This document shows positions 1-10,466 of a stretch of DNA of 49,498 nucleotides, piece after piece. Numbering within the stretch: the stretch's first letter is position 1; each line of letters starts with the position of its first letter. The notes beneath the pieces are model-generated. The model was not told the DNA's origin. It saw only the letters and a list, made by a program, of their open reading frames with translations, and ran no database searches. The stretch covers positions 1 through 49,498 of the forward strand of contig CAYPVA010000001.1 of assembly GCA_964414045.1 (NCBI GenBank), written 5' to 3'. The DNA comes from an uncultured Lishizhenia sp. (lineage in GTDB: Bacteria; Bacteroidota; Bacteroidia; Flavobacteriales_D; Crocinitomicaceae). The translations under genes were made by a program, and so were the position numbers.

Positions 1-2215
1 TGTAATTGTTTTTACCAATTTTTAGATAAGCACCATAACGACCATTCAGTAGTTGAACGTCTGGGTTTTCGTCAAAAGTTTTAATGAGCGCCTTTGCAGC
101 TTCTTCTTGCTTTAAAGTGTCTAATTCAATAGCACGTGCCAAATCCATTGAAAGCGGATCCTCCTCTTTCGGAATGGAGGTAAAGCGTTTGCCTACTTGA
201 ACATAAGGACCAAATCTGCCAATATTGACCTTGACTGCTTCTCCGTTGTGTTCCCCTAAAATTCTTGGTAAATCAAATAGTTTCAAGGCTTCTTCCAGGG
301 TAATATTGTTGATCGATTGATTCCCTTGAAGTGAAGCGAATTGTGGTTTGAGGCCATCAGCTTTTTCATCGCCAATTTGAATCATTGGTCCAAATCTACC
401 GATGCGGGCAATGACTTTTCTTTGTGTTTTAGGGTCGATACCTAATTCGCGTTCTCCGGTCGCACGTTCTGAGTGTTCTAATGTTTCTTCAACATGATGA
501 TGAAAAGGTCCGTAAAACGACTGGAGCATGTCGGTCCAGTTCAGATTTCCTTGCGCAATTTCATCAAATTCTGCTTCAACTTTTGCCGTAAACTGATAGT
601 CTAGAATTTGCTCAAAGTGCGCCACTAAAAAGTCAGTGACGACAATGCCGATATCGGTAGGGGAGAGCTTATTGCGCTCTTTTCCGGTAGTTTCGGATTT
701 GGTTTGTTCGGAAATGTTACCCGCTTTCAATTCAAGTTGCGCATAGTTGCGGATGTTTCCTTCACGCTCCTTTTTTTCAACGTAATTTCTTTTTTGAATG
801 GTGGAGATCGTTGGGGCATAGGTAGATGGTCTTCCGATACCGAGTTCTTCTAGTTTTTTGACGAGCGTTGCCTCTACATAGCGCGATGGTGCACGGCTAA
901 ATCGTTCAGTCGCTAGTGCGCTGTTTAGTTTTAATGCTTCGTTTACGGTTACTTTTGGCAATAAACCTTCTGTTTCAGTATTTTCCTCGGCGTCGTCATC
1001 TAGATTCGTTGCAAGATAAACCTTTAAAAATCCGTCAAAAACAATCACTTCTCCTTTTGCTTGGAAGTAATGAGGGCCAGTGAGTCCGCCGATTTTGATG
1101 GTCGTTCTTTCGAGTTGGGCCAAAGCCATCTGGCTGGCGATTGCCCTTTTCCAAATCAACTCATAAAGCCTTGTTTCGTCGCGTTCTGCTTGGATGGTAG
1201 GCTTGTTAAAGTCTGTTGGTCTAATTGCTTCGTGCGCTTCTTGAGCACCCGAAGTTTTCGTGCTGTATTTAGTTGGTTTGGAGTAGTTTGCTCCAAATTG
1301 AGAAGTAATGGCTTCCTTTGCTGCTGCTATGGCTGTTTCAGAAAGATTCACTGAATCGGTTCTCATGTAAGTGATATTCCCCGACTCATAAAGGCGTTGG
1401 GCAACACTCATCGTTTTGGTAACAGAGAATCCCAATTTCATACTGGCCTCTTGTTGTAATGTGGAGGTCGTAAATGGCGCAGCAGGACTTTTGGTAGCTG
1501 GCTTTTGCTGGACATCTTCAACATAGAAGTTGGCGGCTTTTGCTTGCTCTAAAATATCCTGAGCTGCAGCTTTTACAGGAATTTGCTGGTTTAATTCTGC
1601 TTTCAGTAGGCCATCAGTGGTTTGGAATTCGGCCTGAACTTTATAAAAACTTTCGGTATTGAATTTTTCAATTTCTCGTTCTCGTTCAACGATCAATCGA
1701 ACAGCAACAGATTGCACGCGTCCGGCAGATAAACTTGGCCTCACTTTTTTCCATAGTACTGGAGAAAGTTCAAAACCAACGATGCGGTCAAGTACGCGAC
1801 GCGCCTGTTGGGCATCGACAAGTTCCTGATTGATCTCTCTTGGACGCTCAATTGCTCGGGTGACGGCAACTTTAGTGATTTCGTTAAATGTAATCCTTTT
1901 GGTATCTTTTTTTTGAAGCTCGAGCGTCTCGTATAAGTGCCAAGAAATAGCCTCTCCTTCGCGGTCTTCATCGGTAGCGAGCCATACTGTATCCGCTTCC
2001 TTGGCTAATTTTTTCAGCTCCGAAACAACTTGTTTCTTATCGGCACTCACTTCATAATTTGGCGCAAACTTGGCGTCAATATCAATGGCTAGACCTTTTT
2101 TAGCGAGGTCTCGAACATGACCAAAGCTAGACTTCACAATGAAGTCTTTGCCAAGGTAACCTTCAATAGTTTTTGCTTTTGCGGGTGACTCGACGATTAC
2201 AAGATTCTTAGCCAT
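1..2215 (-). CDS. topA: DNA topoisomerase I; N-terminal ~738 codons are in the window and the C-terminus runs off the left edge
   Basis: Absent from the ORF track because it has no stop in the window. My minus-strand translation from the ATG at 2215 reads MAKNLVIVESPAKAKTIEGYLGKDFIVKSSFGHVRDL...VWLATDEDREGEAISWHL...RRVLDRIVGFELSPVLWKKV (Toprim/TopA signatures). It is still in frame near position 1 (...NGRYGAYLKIGKNNY). Confidence 0.92.
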   Translation of the reverse strand, partial: MAKNLVIVESPAKAKTIEGYLGKDFIVKSSFGHVRDLAKKGLAIDIDAKFAPNYEVSADKKQVVSELKKLAKEADTVWLATDEDREGEAISWHLYETLELQKKDTKRITFNEITKVAVTRAIERPREINQELVDAQQARRVLDRIVGFELSPVLWKKVRPSLSAGRVQSVAVRLIVEREREIEKFNTESFYKVQAEFQTTDGLLKAELNQQIPVKAAAQDILEQAKAANFYVEDVQQKPATKSPAAPFTTSTLQQEASMKLGFSVTKTMSVAQRLYESGNITYMRTDSVNLSETAIAAAKEAITSQFGANYSKPTKYSTKTSGAQEAHEAIRPTDFNKPTIQAERDETRLYELIWKRAIASQMALAQLERTTIKIGGLTGPHYFQAKGEVIVFDGFLKVYLATNLDDDAEENTETEGLLPKVTVNEALKLNSALATERFSRAPSRYVEATLVKKLEELGIGRPSTYAPTISTIQKRNYVEKKEREGNIRNYAQLELKAGNISEQTKSETTGKERNKLSPTDIGIVVTDFLVAHFEQILDYQFTAKVEAEFDEIAQGNLNWTDMLQSFYGPFHHHVEETLEHSERATGERELGIDPKTQRKVIARIGRFGPMIQIGDEKADGLKPQFASLQGNQSINNITLEEALKLFDLPRILGEHNGEAVKVNIGRFGPYVQVGKRFTSIPKEEDPLSMDLARAIELDTLKQEEAAKALIKTFDENPDVQLLNGRYGAYLKIGKNNY

Positions 2216-2232
2216 AAAGATTTTTTAGGTGA

Positions 2233-2240
2233 CAAATGTA
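2233..2240 (-). promoter_or_regulatory. Candidate Bacteroidota -7 promoter box (TACATTTG on minus strand) for topA
   Basis: Plus-strand CAAATGTA is the reverse complement of TAnnTTTG. It lies 17 nt upstream of the topA ATG. Confidence 0.4.
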
Positions 2241-2342
2241 AAAGTAAAACACTGCATTCAGCAAGTTGTTTGTTGCAATTTTATCCGAATATTTCCCTTA
2301 ACCTATGGTTAAATATTTTAGAAACAAAAAGCAGATCGTTCA

Positions 2343-2355
2343 TGACAATTTGTCA
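2343..2355. promoter_or_regulatory. Perfect 6-1-6 palindrome TGACAA-T-TTGTCA in the topA/miaB divergent region; possible operator that also overlaps a -33-like TTTG
   Basis: Read directly from the sequence. Its TTTG (2349-2352) lies 20 nt upstream of the miaB -7 box. Confidence 0.3.
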
Positions 2356-2372
2356 GCATCTTGAATTTGTCC

Positions 2373-2380
2373 TATTTTTG
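2373..2380 (+). promoter_or_regulatory. Candidate -7 promoter box TATTTTTG for the miaB operon
   Basis: Matches TAnnTTTG and lies 16 nt upstream of the ATG at 2397. Confidence 0.45.
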
Positions 2381-2396
2381 CAGTTCAGAACACAAC

Positions 2397-3824
2397 ATGG
2401 AGTCAGGAAATAAAGTTATCGATGAAGCATTACAAGGTACAGCCTTAGTAATTGAACAAGAAGGGGGACAAGCCTCAAAGAAATTATACTTAGAAAGTTA
2501 CGGCTGTCAAATGAATTTCTCGGACAGCGAAGTAGTTGCTTCTATTTTAGCCCAAGATGGCTATCAAACAACCAGAAACATTGAAGAAGCGGACGTCATT
2601 TTACTCAATACTTGTTCCATCCGCGACAACGCTGAGCAGCGTGTTCGCAACCGACTCACTGAATTTAAAATCAAAAAAGACCGCAATCCAGAATTGGTAG
2701 TTGGTATTTTGGGTTGTATGGCCGAGCGCCTCAAAAAGAACTTACTCGATGAAGAAAAACTTGTCGATCTCGTAGCGGGTCCTGATGCTTATCGCGATTT
2801 ACCGAACTTGATTGATGAGGTAGGGACTGGTCAGAAAGCGGTAAATGTTTTGCTTTCTAGAGATGAAACTTATGCAGATATTGCGCCAGTGCGCCTTGAT
2901 CAAGGAGGAATTTCTGCGTTTGTTACGATCATGCGCGGCTGTGACAACATGTGCTCATTTTGTGTCGTGCCCTTCACACGTGGGAGAGAGCGTTCACGCG
3001 ATCCGAAAACAATTGTTGCCGAGTGTCAAGATTTGTTTGACAAAGGATACCGTGAAGTTACTTTGCTAGGCCAAAACGTAGATTCTTACCGTTGGAACCT
3101 CAGTGCAAAAGGTGAAGTAAAAAATACAAATGAGCCTACTACTAATTTCGCGCAACTCATGGAAATGGTTGCCTTGGTATCCCCATTGTTGCGCATACGC
3201 TTTAGCACGTCGCATCCAAAGGACATGACCAACGATGTTTTAGAGATGATGGCCAAATATGAAAACATTTGCCCTTATATCCACCTTCCTGTTCAGTCAG
3301 GGAACACCGATGTTTTATACCGCATGAACCGTGGCTATTCGCGTGAGTGGTACTTAGAAAGAATCGAGAGCATTCGCCGCATCGTGCCAGGTTGTGCCAT
3401 TTCAACAGATATCATTACAGGTTTTTGTGGTGAAACAGAAGAAGAGCATCAAGAAACTTTGAGTTTAATGGATATCGTTCAATACGATTTCGCGTATATG
3501 TTTAAATACTCCGAGCGTCCAAAAACCTTGGCTGAACGTCGCTTTGATGACGATGTTCCCGAGGAAGTCAAAGGGCGTCGTTTGAACGAAATCATTGACA
3601 AGCAACTCAAACACTCGTTGGCATCAAATCAGCGCATGATTGGTACGGTCCAAAAAGTCCTCATTGAGGGGCCATCCAAACGTTCAGACGAGCATTTGTG
3701 CGGAAGAACCGGTACAAATGTCATGGTAGTTTTTCCAAAAGGAAATTTGGAGAAAGGTTCTTACGTCGATGTACAAATTACAGATTGTACCTCGGCAACC
3801 TTAATTGGTGAAGCAGTCAATTAA
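2397..3824 (+). CDS. miaB: tRNA-2-methylthio-N6-dimethylallyladenosine synthase (radical SAM methylthiotransferase)
   Basis: [18 protein letters not shown] (UPF0004 N-domain), radical-SAM CxxxCxxC as [12 protein letters not shown], and a C-terminal TRAM-like region. The start was moved from the TTG at 2361 to the first ATG (MESGNKV). Confidence 0.9.
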   Translation: MESGNKVIDEALQGTALVIEQEGGQASKKLYLESYGCQMNFSDSEVVASILAQDGYQTTRNIEEADVILLNTCSIRDNAEQRVRNRLTEFKIKKDRNPELVVGILGCMAERLKKNLLDEEKLVDLVAGPDAYRDLPNLIDEVGTGQKAVNVLLSRDETYADIAPVRLDQGGISAFVTIMRGCDNMCSFCVVPFTRGRERSRDPKTIVAECQDLFDKGYREVTLLGQNVDSYRWNLSAKGEVKNTNEPTTNFAQLMEMVALVSPLLRIRFSTSHPKDMTNDVLEMMAKYENICPYIHLPVQSGNTDVLYRMNRGYSREWYLERIESIRRIVPGCAISTDIITGFCGETEEEHQETLSLMDIVQYDFAYMFKYSERPKTLAERRFDDDVPEEVKGRRLNEIIDKQLKHSLASNQRMIGTVQKVLIEGPSKRSDEHLCGRTGTNVMVVFPKGNLEKGSYVDVQITDCTSATLIGEAVN

Positions 3825-3835
3825 TTTCCAAAAAA

Positions 3836-5086
3836 ATGAATCTTTTACAAGTAAAGCAGCGCTTCGGCATCATTGGATCTGCTCCCTTACTCAATAGGGC
3901 GTTAGAAATTGCCATGCAAGTGGCGCCAACCGATATTTCCGTGCTAGTTACAGGTGAAAGTGGAACAGGAAAAGAAATTATTCCGCAAGTAATACATCAA
4001 ATGAGTGCGCGTAAGCACGGTGAATACATCGCCGTCAATTGCGGGGCAATTCCGGAGGGAACCATTGATTCAGAATTGTTTGGTCACGAGAAAGGCTCAT
4101 TTACTGGTGCTCAAGGTAGCAGACAGGGGTACTTTGAAGTAGCGAATGGCGGGACTATTTTTCTTGACGAAGTCGCCGAACTTCCGATGCAAACACAGGT
4201 TCGTTTACTGCGTGTTCTTGAAACCGGCGAATACATTCGTGTGGGTTCTTCCAAACCTTTGAAAACGAATGTGAGGGTTGTAGCTGCAACCAATGAAAAT
4301 ATGCAGGCTGCCATTCAATCTGGTAAATTCAGAGAAGACCTTTATTACCGACTCAGCACAGTTCCAATTAGTTTGCCCGCTTTGCGTCAGCGCTCTGAAG
4401 ACATCCATTTATTGTTTAGAAAATTCGCCAACGATTTTGCTGAAAAATACCGCATGCCTGCCATCAAGCTCACTGAAGATGCCGTGCTACTGCTTCAGCA
4501 ATACCCTTGGCCCGGTAATATCAGGCAACTTAAAAATTTGGTAGAGCAGCTCTCTGTCATCGAAACTGCCCGTGAAATCGATGAATTCACCTTACAAAAC
4601 TACCTGACCCCAGTTGCAGATAGAACACAAGGGCTTCGCATCAATGATCCGGCACAAGAGTCTATTTCCGAGCGTGAACTCATGTACAAGTTCTTGTTTG
4701 ACATGAAAAAAGACCTCACAGAATTAAAGAAGTTGGTCTTGGACCTTACCGGATCCAATCATGAAATTGCACTCAGTGCAGATCAATCAGCGGTGGTAAA
4801 CCGAATTTATCAAGAAGTTTACGAAGAAAGCCCAAGTATGCCTGCGCGCATGTTGCCTTCTGCTCCCGTTCAGGTAGAAATACCAAGTACCGAAAATGTG
4901 CACCACGAAGAATTTGCCGCACACATCGAATTAGAGGAATCTCTAAGTCTCGAGGACCGAGAAAAAGAACTCATCGTCAAAGCACTTGAAAAACATCGTG
5001 GGAAAAGAAAATATGCTGCACTAGAACTGGGTATTTCAGAAAGAACGCTTTATCGCAAAATCAAAGAATTTCAGTTGGGCGAATGA
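3836..5086 (+). CDS. Sigma-54-dependent transcriptional activator (bEBP) with no N-terminal sensory or receiver domain
   Basis: The AAA+ domain begins about 10 residues from the N-terminus. It has a Walker A (GESGTGKE), a GAFTGA-type loop (GSFTGA) and RVVAATN. The C-terminal Fis-type HTH reads [21 protein letters not shown]. Confidence 0.88.
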   Translation: MNLLQVKQRFGIIGSAPLLNRALEIAMQVAPTDISVLVTGESGTGKEIIPQVIHQMSARKHGEYIAVNCGAIPEGTIDSELFGHEKGSFTGAQGSRQGYFEVANGGTIFLDEVAELPMQTQVRLLRVLETGEYIRVGSSKPLKTNVRVVAATNENMQAAIQSGKFREDLYYRLSTVPISLPALRQRSEDIHLLFRKFANDFAEKYRMPAIKLTEDAVLLLQQYPWPGNIRQLKNLVEQLSVIETAREIDEFTLQNYLTPVADRTQGLRINDPAQESISERELMYKFLFDMKKDLTELKKLVLDLTGSNHEIALSADQSAVVNRIYQEVYEESPSMPARMLPSAPVQVEIPSTENVHHEEFAAHIELEESLSLEDREKELIVKALEKHRGKRKYAALELGISERTLYRKIKEFQLGE

Positions 5087-5595
5087 AGTACATCTTTTAC
5101 ATAGCTGTTTTGTGGTGCTCCTTAAGTGCTTGTTGGCCAGAGAGTTTCTCCTTCATTGATAAAGGAGGGATGCCACAGGAATGGCAAACATTTAGCATTC
5201 AAAATTTGGAGAATACTGCACCGAACTGCCCGTTGTCCTTTGGTCCTTTGCTCACAGAACAACTCAAAGATGGGGTCCAAAATAATACAAGACTCCTACT
5301 CAATACCAGTTTTGGCAAAGGGGAAGTGAATATGGAAGGGGCTATTACAGCTTATCAAGTACAGCCACTGGCTATTCAAGGTGCAGATGTTGCCTCGAGT
5401 AACCGCCTCACCATGACACTTCAAATGAAAATCAACATCAAAGCCCCGAAAGAAGAGGTCTGGCAATTTAGCTCGACGCGGTTTGCCGATTTTTCAGCTG
5501 CAACTAATTTGGCAGATGTGGAGAAAAAATTATTTGACGAAATTGCCACTCAAATGGTGCAAGATTTGATCAATAAGTTATACAGTAATTGGTAA
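5083..5595 (+). CDS. lptE: LptE-like LPS-assembly lipoprotein
   Basis: Lipobox LSAC ([17 protein letters not shown]), about 170 aa. Its start overlaps the upstream stop by ATGA. As I recall, Bacteroidota carry this gene after the sigma-54 activator. The family call rests on context and size, not on a strong motif. Confidence 0.55.
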   Translation: MKYIFYIAVLWCSLSACWPESFSFIDKGGMPQEWQTFSIQNLENTAPNCPLSFGPLLTEQLKDGVQNNTRLLLNTSFGKGEVNMEGAITAYQVQPLAIQGADVASSNRLTMTLQMKINIKAPKEEVWQFSSTRFADFSAATNLADVEKKLFDEIATQMVQDLINKLYSNW

Positions 5596-5604
5596 TTTAG
5601 GCAC

Positions 5605-6531
5605 GTGTTAAGCAAAGAGCTACTTCATTTACAAATTCAAGATCCGCTGCGTTGTGATGCCGCATATTTGCCCGATCTCGAGCATCTGGAGTCTGCTTAC
5701 CCGTATGCAACGACCTTTTCAATTTTACACCTTAAATCTTTGGCTAATAGTCAAGATGTGCGCCTCTCCACAGTCCTTGATCAAAAAGCTTTTGCCATTC
5801 CCAATAGAGAAATTCTTTACCACTTACTGCAGCAAGTTACCACTGTTGAAACGCTAGCGCATTTGGTGGATGTTGAATTGAATGAGAAAAAGGATAACAA
5901 CTTAACGGTATCAAAAGATTCAGTTCAAATAAGCCCTTCACAAGAACAGGAAATTTCCGCTGCAATTCAAGAAATTGTCGAAGCAGACAATTCTCCTGAG
6001 CAAATCGAACAAACACCTGACGACCTGGATCAATTATTGCGTGCGAGCATGATCAGTGCGGCTTATGTCGATTTGACCTACAAAGAGGAATTAGCGCAAT
6101 TAGATGAGCAGCTAAATGAAAAGGACTTGGATGTTCAGCCAGAAGATGTTGTATCAGATTCCTTGACTAATGAAGATGCAAACAATCTGTCGGTTCAACC
6201 GGAATCAAAAGGTCTTGAAGAAAAACAATCGTTCAATAATTGGTTGCATTTTGGAGAGAACAACGCGCAATCAGAGGATGCTGCACCACAATATTTGGAG
6301 ATTGAAAAACCGAAAAAAGACTTTTATTCTCCGGCTAAAAAAGCCAAAGAAAGTCTAAGTTCAAGTCAAATCCCGGTATCCGAGACCTTGGCAAAAATCT
6401 ATGCCATGCAAGGTGCTGTACCCAAAGCGATTGCTGTTTATGAGCAATTAATTTTGCTTAATCCAGAAAAAAAGAGTTTCTTTGCAAATCAAATCAAAAT
6501 TCTAAAGAAAAACCTGAATTCAACGTCATGA
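5605..6531 (+). CDS. Hypothetical acidic, low-complexity protein with a C-terminal TPR-like helix pair
   Basis: GTG start. The E/D/Q-rich middle reads [30 protein letters not shown]. The C-terminus [28 protein letters not shown] looks TPR-like. There is no signal peptide. Confidence 0.5.
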   Translation: MLSKELLHLQIQDPLRCDAAYLPDLEHLESAYPYATTFSILHLKSLANSQDVRLSTVLDQKAFAIPNREILYHLLQQVTTVETLAHLVDVELNEKKDNNLTVSKDSVQISPSQEQEISAAIQEIVEADNSPEQIEQTPDDLDQLLRASMISAAYVDLTYKEELAQLDEQLNEKDLDVQPEDVVSDSLTNEDANNLSVQPESKGLEEKQSFNNWLHFGENNAQSEDAAPQYLEIEKPKKDFYSPAKKAKESLSSSQIPVSETLAKIYAMQGAVPKAIAVYEQLILLNPEKKSFFANQIKILKKNLNSTS

Positions 6532-6821
6532 CAGGAATCCTTTCATTTTTAGTTATTGTAGCCAGCGCGCTACTTATTCTAGTAGTTTACGTTCAAAACC
6601 CAAAAGGTGGAGGCTTAAGTTCTGACTTCGGTGGAGCAAGCCAACTCGGAGGTGTACAACGCACAAATGAACTCATCGACAAACTTACTTGGGGCTTGGC
6701 AGCCGCTATCCTTGTTTTTAGTCTTGGAATTAGCCTCAGTCAACCAAAAGCGCCAAAACAAGTCGTGCCGCAGCAACAACAACAAGCACCTATGCAAGGT
6801 CAAGGACAGGGCCAACAATAG
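6528..6821 (+). CDS. secG: Preprotein translocase subunit SecG with a Q-rich C-terminal tail
   Basis: [20 protein letters not shown] plus a second TM segment ([16 protein letters not shown]) is the SecG signature. The tail is [16 protein letters not shown]. The start overlaps the upstream stop by ATGA. Confidence 0.85.
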   Translation: MTGILSFLVIVASALLILVVYVQNPKGGGLSSDFGGASQLGGVQRTNELIDKLTWGLAAAILVFSLGISLSQPKAPKQVVPQQQQQAPMQGQGQGQQ

Positions 6822-6840
6822 GCTTTAGTTTTAAATATTC

Positions 6841-6877
6841 AAAATGTCAGTATGTCACCCATACTGACATTTTTTTT
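6841..6877 (+). terminator. Rho-independent terminator closing the miaB-secG operon
   Basis: Perfect 11-bp stem, ATGTCAGTATG (6844-6854) with CATACTGACAT (6860-6870), a 5-nt loop, then T7. Confidence 0.8.
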
Positions 6878-6969
6878 GCACTAAAGTGAAAAAATGTCTT
6901 GTTCAAAGCGCCTGAATTGAGTTGGCATGTTTTTCGAAGAAGCGTTCACAACTAAATTATATTTATTTC

Positions 6970-7245
6970 ATGTCAGTAAATTTCAAACCTTTGGCAGACA
7001 GAGTTCTGGTAGAACCTGCGCCAGCAGAGCAAAAAACAGCAAGTGGAATCATCATTCCGGATACTGCAAAAGAAAAACCATTGCGTGGTACTGTTATAGC
7101 AGCTGGATCCGGTAAAAAAGATGAGCCAATGTCAGTTAAAGTAGGTGACTCCATATTATATGGACAATATGCAGGCACTGAAATCAAAATTGACGGAAAC
7201 ACTTATCTCATCATGAGAGAGTCAGACATTTACGGTATTTTCTAA
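6970..7245 (+). CDS. groES: Co-chaperonin GroES
   Basis: [37 protein letters not shown]. The start was moved to the ATG at 6970 (track ORF starts at 6922). Confidence 0.95.
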   Translation: MSVNFKPLADRVLVEPAPAEQKTASGIIIPDTAKEKPLRGTVIAAGSGKKDEPMSVKVGDSILYGQYAGTEIKIDGNTYLIMRESDIYGIF

Positions 7246-8901
<1,656 letters not shown>

Positions 8902-8907
8902 GGATTC

Positions 8908-8925
8908 AAGAGCCTTCGGGCTCTT
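8908..8925 (+). terminator. UUCG-tetraloop hairpin just after the groEL stop, with no clean T-tract
   Basis: AAGAGCC-TTCG-GGCTCTT, a 7-bp stem. It is followed by TATCATTTCTTTCTT. Confidence 0.35.
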
Positions 8926-8976
8926 TATCATTTCTTTCTTCCCGATTCATTCGGATAGCGAGAAATGTCTATATAG

Positions 8977-9005
8977 AGCCACCTTCGGGTGGCTTTCTTT
9001 TTTTA
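8977..9005 (+). terminator. Rho-independent terminator (UUCG tetraloop) downstream of groEL
   Basis: AGCCACC-TTCG-GGTGGCT (8977-8994) followed by TTTCTTTTTTT. Confidence 0.7.
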
Positions 9006-9011
9006 TTTTTG
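9004..9011 (+). promoter_or_regulatory. Candidate -7 box TATTTTTG placed 4 nt before the SRAP ATG; predicts a leaderless mRNA
   Basis: TATTTTTG-GGCT-ATG, read directly. It overlaps the T-tract of the preceding terminator. Confidence 0.4.
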
Positions 9012-9015
9012 GGCT

Positions 9016-9726
9016 ATGTGCTACAGTAACTCCTCTACATCCACCACCTTGCAGCTTGCCGAGCGATATCAAAAATTAAAGCCCGTAGCAGCACCTGAAT
9101 TGCAATACTATTTTGCTTCAGGTTTTCATTTTCCTCGTTGGAATATCATTACAAATGACGATACCTTACAGCAGATGCGCTGGGGCTTATTACCAAATTG
9201 GTACAAGGGTGGCAATTGGATGGATTTTGCTGCAAAAACGCTCAATGCCCGTGTTGAAACCTGCTCGGAAAAAGCATCATTTAAGCACTTGATCAGCAGT
9301 AAAAGATGTTTGGTCCCCTCCAATGGGTTTTTTGAATGGCATACTGAAGGCAAATTAAAAACGCCCTATTTTATCCATACTCCAAATCAAGAAATCTTTT
9401 CAATTGCAGGTCTATACGATAGCTGGTTAGATCAGACTACAGGTGCTTTTGAAAATACATTTACCATCTTGACTACCGAAGCAAATCCATTGATGGCCGA
9501 GATCCATAATGCTAAAAAACGCATGCCGCTGATCTTGCAGCAAGATGAGGAAAAAGCATGGTTAGACAGCGCGCTGGGCATTCATGAAATCATGGATAGA
9601 AATGACATTCAATTGGAGGCTTGGGAAGTCGATAAGCGCATTATTTTGAGTACCAATGCCAACAATTTGCAAGTCAGTCAACGATATCAGTCCAATCTTG
9701 GCATTCAAAAAGGCTTATTTGATTAA
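9016..9726 (+). CDS. SOS-response-associated peptidase (SRAP / YedK / HMCES family; abasic-site DNA-protein crosslinking)
   Basis: Begins MC..., giving the catalytic Cys2 expected after Met removal. It also has MRWGLLPNW, FFEW and the HNAKKRMPLIL region. The start was moved from 8989, which lies inside the terminator hairpin. Confidence 0.8.
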   Translation: MCYSNSSTSTTLQLAERYQKLKPVAAPELQYYFASGFHFPRWNIITNDDTLQQMRWGLLPNWYKGGNWMDFAAKTLNARVETCSEKASFKHLISSKRCLVPSNGFFEWHTEGKLKTPYFIHTPNQEIFSIAGLYDSWLDQTTGAFENTFTILTTEANPLMAEIHNAKKRMPLILQQDEEKAWLDSALGIHEIMDRNDIQLEAWEVDKRIILSTNANNLQVSQRYQSNLGIQKGLFD

Positions 9727-9731
9727 TTTTG
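9724..9731 (+). promoter_or_regulatory. Candidate -7 box TAATTTTG for the 9757-13660 cluster
   Basis: Matches TAnnTTTG, lies 25 nt upstream of the ATG at 9757, and overlaps the SRAP stop codon. Confidence 0.35.
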
Positions 9732-9744
9732 GCACTACTATTGT
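9730..9744 (+). promoter_or_regulatory. Sigma-54-like -24/-12 element TGGCAC-N5-TTGT (imperfect: the -12 reads GT, not GC)
   Basis: TGGCACTACTATTGT, read directly. This is the only intergenic TGGCAC I found on either strand. The predicted +1 falls within 1-2 nt of the ATG at 9757. Confidence 0.2.
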
Positions 9745-9756
9745 AGCGCTAGCCAT

Positions 9757-10422
9757 ATGAAAATCTTCCTTACTTTTTGTCTTTTTTTTCTCTTGAGTTC
9801 CTGCATTGAAATCTGGGATGATATTACTTTGAATAACGACGGCTCTGGTAATCTCAAATACAAAATCAATCTCAGTGAAAGCAAAGTGAAGGTAAATTCA
9901 ATATTAGCTTTAGATAGTCTCCAAGGCAAACCAGTGCCCTCTATTGAGCAAGTTTCAGCCAAGATTAAAGAGTTTGTAAAAATTTTAGATGCCCAACCCG
10001 GCATTAGTAATGTAATCATGGAAGAAAACTACACGGATTTTATCTTCAAGTTAAGTTGTGATTTTGCCAATGTGAAGTTGCTACAAGATGGCATCAAACG
10101 CAGTATAGAACAAATCAGTAAAGAAAAAGTCAATTTACAGCAAGAAGAAAATTGGATCAGTTGGGATGGAACTACGCTCAAACGAAGTATTCCTGGATAT
10201 GTTGCTGCCCAAATAAAAGCATATAAATTTGAAGATGAGGCCTTGCTTAAAGAAGGTATCTACACTTCAATTGCACGATTTGAAAGACCTGTTCAGCGCT
10301 TCGAAAATAAATTGGGGACGCTCAGTAAAAATCAACAAGCAGTCATGGTCCGAACCAATACTTTTTCGTTAAAAGAAAATCAAGCACTTTTGGACAATAT
10401 AATTGTCTTGACACCAAGATGA
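9757..10422 (+). CDS. Hypothetical lipoprotein
   Basis: Signal peptide with lipobox (MKIFLTFCLFFLLSSC). I recognise no domain. Confidence 0.6.
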   Translation: MKIFLTFCLFFLLSSCIEIWDDITLNNDGSGNLKYKINLSESKVKVNSILALDSLQGKPVPSIEQVSAKIKEFVKILDAQPGISNVIMEENYTDFIFKLSCDFANVKLLQDGIKRSIEQISKEKVNLQQEENWISWDGTTLKRSIPGYVAAQIKAYKFEDEALLKEGIYTSIARFERPVQRFENKLGTLSKNQQAVMVRTNTFSLKENQALLDNIIVLTPR

Positions 10423-10466
10423 TACTCGCGGATTATGCTTAACTTCGTCCTATAACATTCATTCTC

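Noticed and set aside
6878-6969. CIRCE (HrcA) operator or a sigma-54 promoter upstream of groES.
   Set aside because: TTTGCACTA resembles one CIRCE half-site, but no matching inverted half lies 9 nt away. TTGGCATGTTTTTCG has the GG element but no correctly spaced GC.
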